Below, in pieces: positions 58,561 to 64,000 of a DNA stretch of 64,000 nt. Position 1 is the first letter of the stretch. Every line of letters starts with the position of its first letter. The notes below the pieces were generated by a model, which was given only the letters and a program-made list of their open reading frames with translations, searched no databases and was not told the origin of the DNA. This stretch comes from Dehalococcoidia bacterium (lineage in GTDB: Bacteria > Chloroflexota > Dehalococcoidia > Plut-88900): assembly GCA_965197585.1 (NCBI GenBank), contig OZ240215.1, forward strand, positions 2,016,001 to 2,080,000, in the 5' to 3' direction. The position numbers and the translations under genes were made by a program.

Positions 58561-59904
58561 ATGCAGCAGACCCAAACCGTATCTTCAAGACCCAAGCTGC
58601 TCCAGGCCATGATAGATGTGGCCGGGCAGCCAGACCTGCGCGGCAAGGTCCTGTTCATGCTGGCCATCCTGGTCATCTACCGGTTCGTGGCCCACGTCCC
58701 GGTTCCCGGTATCGACGTGGACAACCTCGCTAGATTCTTCGATCCCTCACAGGGGAACAATCTTTCCGGGATGCTGGACCTGTTCAGCGGCGGCGCCCTC
58801 CGAAACCTCAGCGTCGCCTCCATGGGCGTCTACCCGTACATCACCGCATCCATCGTCATGCAGCTTCTAATCCCTGTGGTCCCCCGGCTGCAACAGCTTT
58901 CCAGGGAGGGCGGCGAGGCAGGACGGCAGAGGCTGAACCAGATTACTCACTGGCTGACGGTGCCTATGGCACTGGCCCAGAGCTTCGGGCAGCTGGTGCT
59001 GCTGGAGCGGGGCGGCGTGCTGGAGCAGGGAATCGGGTTCACGGGCGGCCAGCTAGGCCCGACCATCGCAATGATGGCCTCTATGACCGCGGGCACCATG
59101 TTCTGCGTATGGCTCGGCGAACTCATCACCGAGCGAGGCATCGGCAACGGTATATCGCTGATTATCTTCTCGGGCATAGTCTCCGGACTCCCGACGCTGC
59201 TGGGCCAGGCATTCCTGCAGAGGGGCAACGTCGGCGGGCTGGTGGTCTTCTTCGCCATCGCACTCATAACGGTCTACTGCATTGTCCTCTTCACCGAAGC
59301 CCAGCGCCGGATTCCGGTACAGTACGGACGGAGCGTGTTCCGAAGCGGCCGAATGTATCGGCAGGCAGGCGCGACGCACATTCCGTTGCGGGTCAACTCC
59401 GCAGGGATGATTCCGATTATCTTCGCGTTTTCGATAATGATTTTTCCGGGGCTGGTGGCCAGCTACTTCGTCGGTTCGAACACCGGCTGGCTGGCCACCG
59501 CAGCCCGTTTCGTAGGCAATGTATTCGACACCACCGGCCTGTTCTACTGGATTATGACCTTCTTCCTGGTGGTGGCTTTCGCCTTCTTCTACTCAATAAT
59601 CGTGTTCCAGCAGCAGAACATCGCCGAGAATTTGCAGAGGCAGGGCGGGTTTATACCTGGCATCCGGCCCGGCAAACCGACCAACGACCACATAACCAGG
59701 GTATTGCTTCGGATAACGTTGGGAGGTGCGATCTTCCTGGGAATAATCGCCATCATCCCCTACTTCTCCGGAGAGTTTACAGGGGTCAAGGGGTTACAGC
59801 TTACCGGTGTGGCCATGCTCATCGCCGTTGGTGTTGTACTTGACACCATGAGACAGCTCGAAGCCCAACTCCTGATGCGCCGCTACGAGGGATTCATCCG
59901 ATGA
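58561..59904 (+). CDS. secY: Preprotein translocase subunit SecY
   Basis: PYITASIVMQLL, GIGNGISLIIF, FIPGIRPG. Confidence 0.98.
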   Translation: MQQTQTVSSRPKLLQAMIDVAGQPDLRGKVLFMLAILVIYRFVAHVPVPGIDVDNLARFFDPSQGNNLSGMLDLFSGGALRNLSVASMGVYPYITASIVMQLLIPVVPRLQQLSREGGEAGRQRLNQITHWLTVPMALAQSFGQLVLLERGGVLEQGIGFTGGQLGPTIAMMASMTAGTMFCVWLGELITERGIGNGISLIIFSGIVSGLPTLLGQAFLQRGNVGGLVVFFAIALITVYCIVLFTEAQRRIPVQYGRSVFRSGRMYRQAGATHIPLRVNSAGMIPIIFAFSIMIFPGLVASYFVGSNTGWLATAARFVGNVFDTTGLFYWIMTFFLVVAFAFFYSIIVFQQQNIAENLQRQGGFIPGIRPGKPTNDHITRVLLRITLGGAIFLGIIAIIPYFSGEFTGVKGLQLTGVAMLIAVGVVLDTMRQLEAQLLMRRYEGFIR

Positions 59905-60572
59905 TGTACGTGATACTTCTCGGAGGCCCCGGAGCGGGCAAGGGCACCCAGGCGGTCGGCCTATCTTCCGAGTTGGAAGCGGCCCACGTCGCGTCGGGAG
60001 ACCTGTTCCGCCGGGCGCTGGGACAGGGCACGCCTCTCGGTTTAGAAGCCAAGTCCTACATGGACAAGGGCGAACTGGTACCCGACGAGTTGACCGTCAG
60101 GATGGTCCTCGAAAGGCTCCAGGAAACCGACTGTCAGAGAGGAGCCGTCCTGGACGGATTTCCCCGCACCTTGGCACAGGCCCAGGCGCTGGACACTGCT
60201 CTCGATGCGCTAAGCAAGGGGATCGGGGCAGTCTTATATATCAAGGTCTCGGAAGAAGAGTTAATACGTCGGCTAAGTGGCCGGTGGATCTGTCGAGCCT
60301 GCCAGTCCCCTTACCATATAGTCAATTCCCCACCAAAGAGTGAGGGTGTCTGCGACCGCTGCGGCGGTGAGCTCTACCAGAGGGATGACGACACCGAGGC
60401 CACATCTCGCAGACGGGTACAGGTCTACAAGGATCAGACTGCGCCGCTCATATCCTATTATCAGGGGCAAGGCTCGCTCATCGAGATCGATGGAGAGCAG
60501 CCGATAGAACAGGTCGGGCAGCAAATGGCCGACTCCCTGAAAGTCCTTTCCGGGCGGGGGGCATCCCGATGA
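59901..60572 (+). CDS. adk: Adenylate kinase (Zn-lid type)
   Basis: GGPGAGKGTQA, LDGFPRT, CRAC...CDRC. Confidence 0.97.
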   Translation: MMYVILLGGPGAGKGTQAVGLSSELEAAHVASGDLFRRALGQGTPLGLEAKSYMDKGELVPDELTVRMVLERLQETDCQRGAVLDGFPRTLAQAQALDTALDALSKGIGAVLYIKVSEEELIRRLSGRWICRACQSPYHIVNSPPKSEGVCDRCGGELYQRDDDTEATSRRRVQVYKDQTAPLISYYQGQGSLIEIDGEQPIEQVGQQMADSLKVLSGRGASR

Positions 60573-61366
60573 ACAAAACGTTTCTGGGAGGCTCCAGGGT
60601 CGTCATTCAGGAAGGTATGGAGATCAAGACTCCTCGGGAGCTTGAGCGGATGAAGCAGGCCGGCAAGGTGGTGGCCCACACGCTGAAAGCGCTCCAAGCG
60701 GCCGTCGAGCCGGGCATCACCACTGGTGACCTGGACTTTGTTGCCCGGTCTGAGATTGCCCGGCACAGGGCCATACCGTCATTCGTCGGCTATCGGGGTT
60801 TCCCTGCAGCCGTCTGCGTATCCATCAACAATGAGATTGTCCACGGCATCCCCGGGGAGCGGGTCATCAATGAAGGAGACCTTGTCAGCGTTGACGTCGG
60901 CGCGATAGTTGATGGGTTCCACGGTGACGCCGCCGTTACCGTAGGAGCGGGAGAGATTACCGAGGAAGCTCAACGCCTCATCGATGCGACCAGAGACTCC
61001 CTGGACTGTGGCATCGAGGCGGCGGTGATCGGTGCACGGATCGGGGACATCTCTTTTGCGGTGCAGAACCACGCCGAGGCCCTCGGTTTCTCGGTGGTCA
61101 GGGAGTACGTGGGGCACGGGATAGGGCGCAGGATGCACGAAGAGCCCTCGGTGCCGAATTATGGAAAGCCGGGGCGCGGGCTCCAGCTGAGAGAGGGAAT
61201 GGCGCTGGCAATAGAGCCGATGCTCAATATAGGGGACTGGACCACGTCTCTGATGAATGACGGCTGGACTGTCGTCACACGAGATGGTAGCCTGTCCGCC
61301 CATTTCGAACACAGCATAGCGATCACGACCGAAGGCCCGATAGTAATGACGAGGTTGGACGACTAG
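60569..61366 (+). CDS. map: Methionine aminopeptidase type I
   Basis: CVSINNEIVHGIP, GHGIG..MHEEP, AIEPM, SAHFEH. Confidence 0.97.
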   Translation: MNKTFLGGSRVVIQEGMEIKTPRELERMKQAGKVVAHTLKALQAAVEPGITTGDLDFVARSEIARHRAIPSFVGYRGFPAAVCVSINNEIVHGIPGERVINEGDLVSVDVGAIVDGFHGDAAVTVGAGEITEEAQRLIDATRDSLDCGIEAAVIGARIGDISFAVQNHAEALGFSVVREYVGHGIGRRMHEEPSVPNYGKPGRGLQLREGMALAIEPMLNIGDWTTSLMNDGWTVVTRDGSLSAHFEHSIAITTEGPIVMTRLDD

Positions 61367-61395
61367 CGATAGTGAAGGGACTGTAGGGATAGACT

Positions 61396-61629
61396 ATGGC
61401 TGAAGAGCGGACCGTGCAGAAAGAGAAGATAGAGGTCGAGGGCCGGATCGTCGAGACTCTGCCCAACGGCATGTTCACCGTGGAGCTGGCCAACGGGCAC
61501 CAGGTGCTGGCCCACGTATCGGGCAAGATGCGCATTCATTTCATCAGGATCCTCCTCGGGGACCGGGTGCTCGTAGAGCTCTCGCCCTACGACCTGAGCC
61601 GGGGACGGATCACCTATCGGTTCAAGTAG
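61396..61629 (+). CDS. infA: Translation initiation factor IF-1
   Basis: [21 protein letters not shown]. Confidence 0.97.
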   Translation: MAEERTVQKEKIEVEGRIVETLPNGMFTVELANGHQVLAHVSGKMRIHFIRILLGDRVLVELSPYDLSRGRITYRFK

Positions 61630-61643
61630 GAGACGTAAGCGGG

Positions 61644-61757
61644 ATGAAAGTCAGGGCTTCGGTTAAAAAACTTTGCGACAAGTGCAAGATTGTCCGCCGT
61701 CACGGGACGCTGCGGGTGATCTGCGAGGTGCCGAAGCATAAGCAGAGGCAGGGATAG
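61644..61757 (+). CDS. rpmJ: 50S ribosomal protein L36 (absent from the ORF track)
   Basis: [37 protein letters not shown]. Confidence 0.96.
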   Translation: MKVRASVKKLCDKCKIVRRHGTLRVICEVPKHKQRQG

Positions 61758-61798
61758 CCGTCTTAAGACGGCCTATATGAGTTAATGCGGAGGATGTT

Positions 61799-62182
61799 AT
61801 GCCAAGAGTAGCAGGCGTGGATATCCCTAACGAAAAGAAATTCGATATTGCGTTGACCGCAATATACGGCGTGGGCCTGACCACCGCCGGGAAGGTTGCA
61901 GCAGCCGCACAGATAGACCCGGACTCCAAAGTCCGTGACCTCTCCGAGGACGATCTCAATCGCGTCAGGGAAGTCATCGACAAGGAATATCTGGTAGAGG
62001 GAGACCTGCGGCGCCAGATCCAGCAGAACATCCGCCGTCTGGTAGAGGTAAACACCTACCGCGGTATCAGGCACCGCCGCGGGCTGCCGGTTCACGGACA
62101 GCGGACTAAGACCAACGCCAGGACCAAGAGAGGCGCTAGAAGAACGGTCGCAGGTCGAAGGCAAGTACGGGCCAAGAAGTAG
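61799..62182 (+). CDS. rpsM: 30S ribosomal protein S13
   Basis: [23 protein letters not shown]. Confidence 0.97.
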   Translation: MPRVAGVDIPNEKKFDIALTAIYGVGLTTAGKVAAAAQIDPDSKVRDLSEDDLNRVREVIDKEYLVEGDLRRQIQQNIRRLVEVNTYRGIRHRRGLPVHGQRTKTNARTKRGARRTVAGRRQVRAKK

Positions 62183-62193
62183 TAGAGGTAAAA

Positions 62194-62583
62194 ATGGCGA
62201 AGCAGAAGGGAAGGTCCAGACGGAGAGAGAAGAAGTTCGTGCCCGTGGGCCGGGCTTACATCCAGTCTACCTTCAACAACACCAAGATAACGCTCACCGA
62301 TCCGAATGGGAACGTCATAGCCTGGGGCAGCTCCGGGACAATGGGGTTCAAGGGTTCCCGCAAAGGCACCGCCTTCGCCGCCCAGAGGGCGGGGGACCAG
62401 GCGGCCCGAAAGGGTACCGACCAGGGACTGCGGGAGGTGGAGGTCTTCGTCAGGGGACCGGGGAGCGGCCGGGAAGCCGCCATCCGATCCCTCGCCGCGG
62501 CAGGCATCCATATAGTCAGTATCAGGGACGTCACGCCAATTCCCCACAATGGCTGCCGCCCCCCCAAGCGAAGGCGCATTTAG
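62194..62583 (+). CDS. rpsK: 30S ribosomal protein S11
   Basis: [20 protein letters not shown]. Confidence 0.97.
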   Translation: MAKQKGRSRRREKKFVPVGRAYIQSTFNNTKITLTDPNGNVIAWGSSGTMGFKGSRKGTAFAAQRAGDQAARKGTDQGLREVEVFVRGPGSGREAAIRSLAAAGIHIVSIRDVTPIPHNGCRPPKRRRI

Positions 62584-62598
62584 CACGGAGGATACCCT

Positions 62599-63225
62599 TT
62601 GGCTCGTTACACTGGTCCCGTTTGCAGACTGTGCAGAAGGCAGGGCGAAAAGCTCTTCCTAAAGGGTGATCGCTGCCTCACACCCAAGTGCGCCATCGAG
62701 CGCCGGATCGGGCCTCCCGGCCAGCGGGGCACCCGCAGGCGAAGAGTCTCGGAAAGAGGATTGCAGCTCAGGGAGAAACAAAAGGTAAAGCACACCTACG
62801 GCCTGGTCGAGAAGCAGCTTTTCCGCCACTTCAGCGCCGCCCGGGAACAGCCGGGAGTCACTGGTGATAACTTCCTGAAGATCCTGGAGAGCAGGCTCGA
62901 CAACGTGGTGTTCAGGCTTGGGTTTGCGAGCTCGCGGAACCAGGCGCGCCAGGTCGTCAGGCACGGCCACATCACAGTGAACGGAACGCCCACCAACATT
63001 CCTTCCTACCTGCTAAAAGTGAGCGACCAAGTCGGGTGGACGGGCCGAGGCCGCAAGTCCGAGCACTTCAAGTTCATGGAGGCGGAGATCCGTGGAAAAC
63101 CAATCCCTGAGTGGCTTAGCGTCGATCCCCAGGCCATGGCAGGCCGCGTCCTGACCATACCTACAAGAGAGCTGGTTGGCTCCCGGGTCGATGACCGGCT
63201 AATCATCGAATACTACTCACGGTAG
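62599..63225 (+). CDS. rpsD: 30S ribosomal protein S4 (Zn-type)
   Basis: ARYTGPVCRLCRR, LESRLDNVVFRLG, IIEYYSR. Confidence 0.97.
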   Translation: MARYTGPVCRLCRRQGEKLFLKGDRCLTPKCAIERRIGPPGQRGTRRRRVSERGLQLREKQKVKHTYGLVEKQLFRHFSAAREQPGVTGDNFLKILESRLDNVVFRLGFASSRNQARQVVRHGHITVNGTPTNIPSYLLKVSDQVGWTGRGRKSEHFKFMEAEIRGKPIPEWLSVDPQAMAGRVLTIPTRELVGSRVDDRLIIEYYSR

Positions 63226-63255
63226 AAGCCGTTCTATTTCGGAGAACCTGTCCAA

Positions 63256-64000
63256 ATGATGGATATATACAGCGAACCGTTCCAGGCCAGTGATGCTCTG
63301 GTCGGCATCGCTAACCCTGAAATTCAGATACTGGAAGACCAGGCGACCTACGGCCGGTTTAGCGTAGAGCCACTCGAAAGAGGTCTCGGGACCACCATCG
63401 GCAACTCAGTCCGAAGGGTGCTTCTCAGCTCCATAGAGAGCGCTGCAATAACCTGGGTGAAGATCCAGAGCATTCAGCACGAATACTCCACGATCACCCA
63501 CGTCACGGAGGACGTCACCGAATTCCTGCTCAACGTCAAGGGAATACGGCTGAAGTCCAATTCAGACCAGCCCGGAAGGCTATTCCTTGACGTGGAAGGT
63601 GAGAGAGAGGTCGTGGCGGGAGACATAAGCCCCGCTGCAGAGTACGAGGTTGCTAACCCCGACCTGCACCTCGCAACTATGGATTCCGAAGAGGCTGCAC
63701 TCTCAGTTGAGTTCAACGTGGAGAGGGGCCGAGGCTACATGGCTGCCGCAAACATTGACGGCCTGCCCATCGGCGCCCTGCCCGTGGACGCAATTTTCAC
63801 CCCCGTTCGCAAGGTGAACTTCAAAGTAGAGCCCATCAGGATCGGCCCATACATGGGCAAGGAACGTGTGGTCCTGGACACCTGGACCGACGGTACAATA
63901 CGTCCGGTGCAGGCCCTGCAGGAAGCCGGGGACGCTCTGATAAATTACTTCTCCCTCTTCGCCAACCTGGGCAAGTCCCTCGCCTCCTCAGACGGGCGTT
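63256..64000 (+). CDS. rpoA: RNA polymerase alpha subunit (truncated by the window end)
   Basis: EPLERGLGTTIGNSVRRVLLSS, HEYSTI..V.EDV..LLN.K, PVDAIFTPVRKV. Confidence 0.96.
   Translation, partial: MMDIYSEPFQASDALVGIANPEIQILEDQATYGRFSVEPLERGLGTTIGNSVRRVLLSSIESAAITWVKIQSIQHEYSTITHVTEDVTEFLLNVKGIRLKSNSDQPGRLFLDVEGEREVVAGDISPAAEYEVANPDLHLATMDSEEAALSVEFNVERGRGYMAAANIDGLPIGALPVDAIFTPVRKVNFKVEPIRIGPYMGKERVVLDTWTDGTIRPVQALQEAGDALINYFSLFANLGKSLASSDGR

Overview
GC-rich bacterial chromosomal segment. Gene content and order suggest Chloroflexota, probably Dehalococcoidia/SAR202-like (inference: fusA followed directly by rpsJ with no tuf, short IF-2, PIM-like lipid cluster, F420-type PPOX protein, CoA-transferase/ETF/TPP catabolic genes). 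Core blocks: nusA-ylxR-infB-rbfA-truB; acyltransferase-GT4-CDP-alcohol phosphatidyltransferase; frameshifted prfB; nfi; infC-rpmI-rplT; rex; the F1Fo ATP synthase operon; EF-G2; etfBA; six tRNAs; rsmG; and the str-S10-spc-alpha ribosomal superoperon running off the end inside rpoA. Accessory or unexplained items: (i) a ~630-bp integrase-less BrnT/BrnA islet bracketed by a duplicated tRNA-Leu(TAA) 3' half whose second copy has a tRNA-like 5' half, followed by a self-contained transcription unit for a 41-aa Gly-rich microprotein; (ii) an ATP synthase operon with an extra wHTH-like ORF, a large His/acidic insertion in subunit a and a Rex box over its promoter; (iii) three Rex-like boxes (rex, atp, etf); (iv) hicB with a pseudogenised hicA; (v) a solo Cas4-like nuclease facing a 3-TM protein; (vi) a candidate ~180-nt rod-like RNA upstream of the lipid cluster; (vii) a second small ORF (52 aa). 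No CRISPR array, rRNA, transposase or integrase was seen. All assignments come from motif recognition by eye; no database searches were run.
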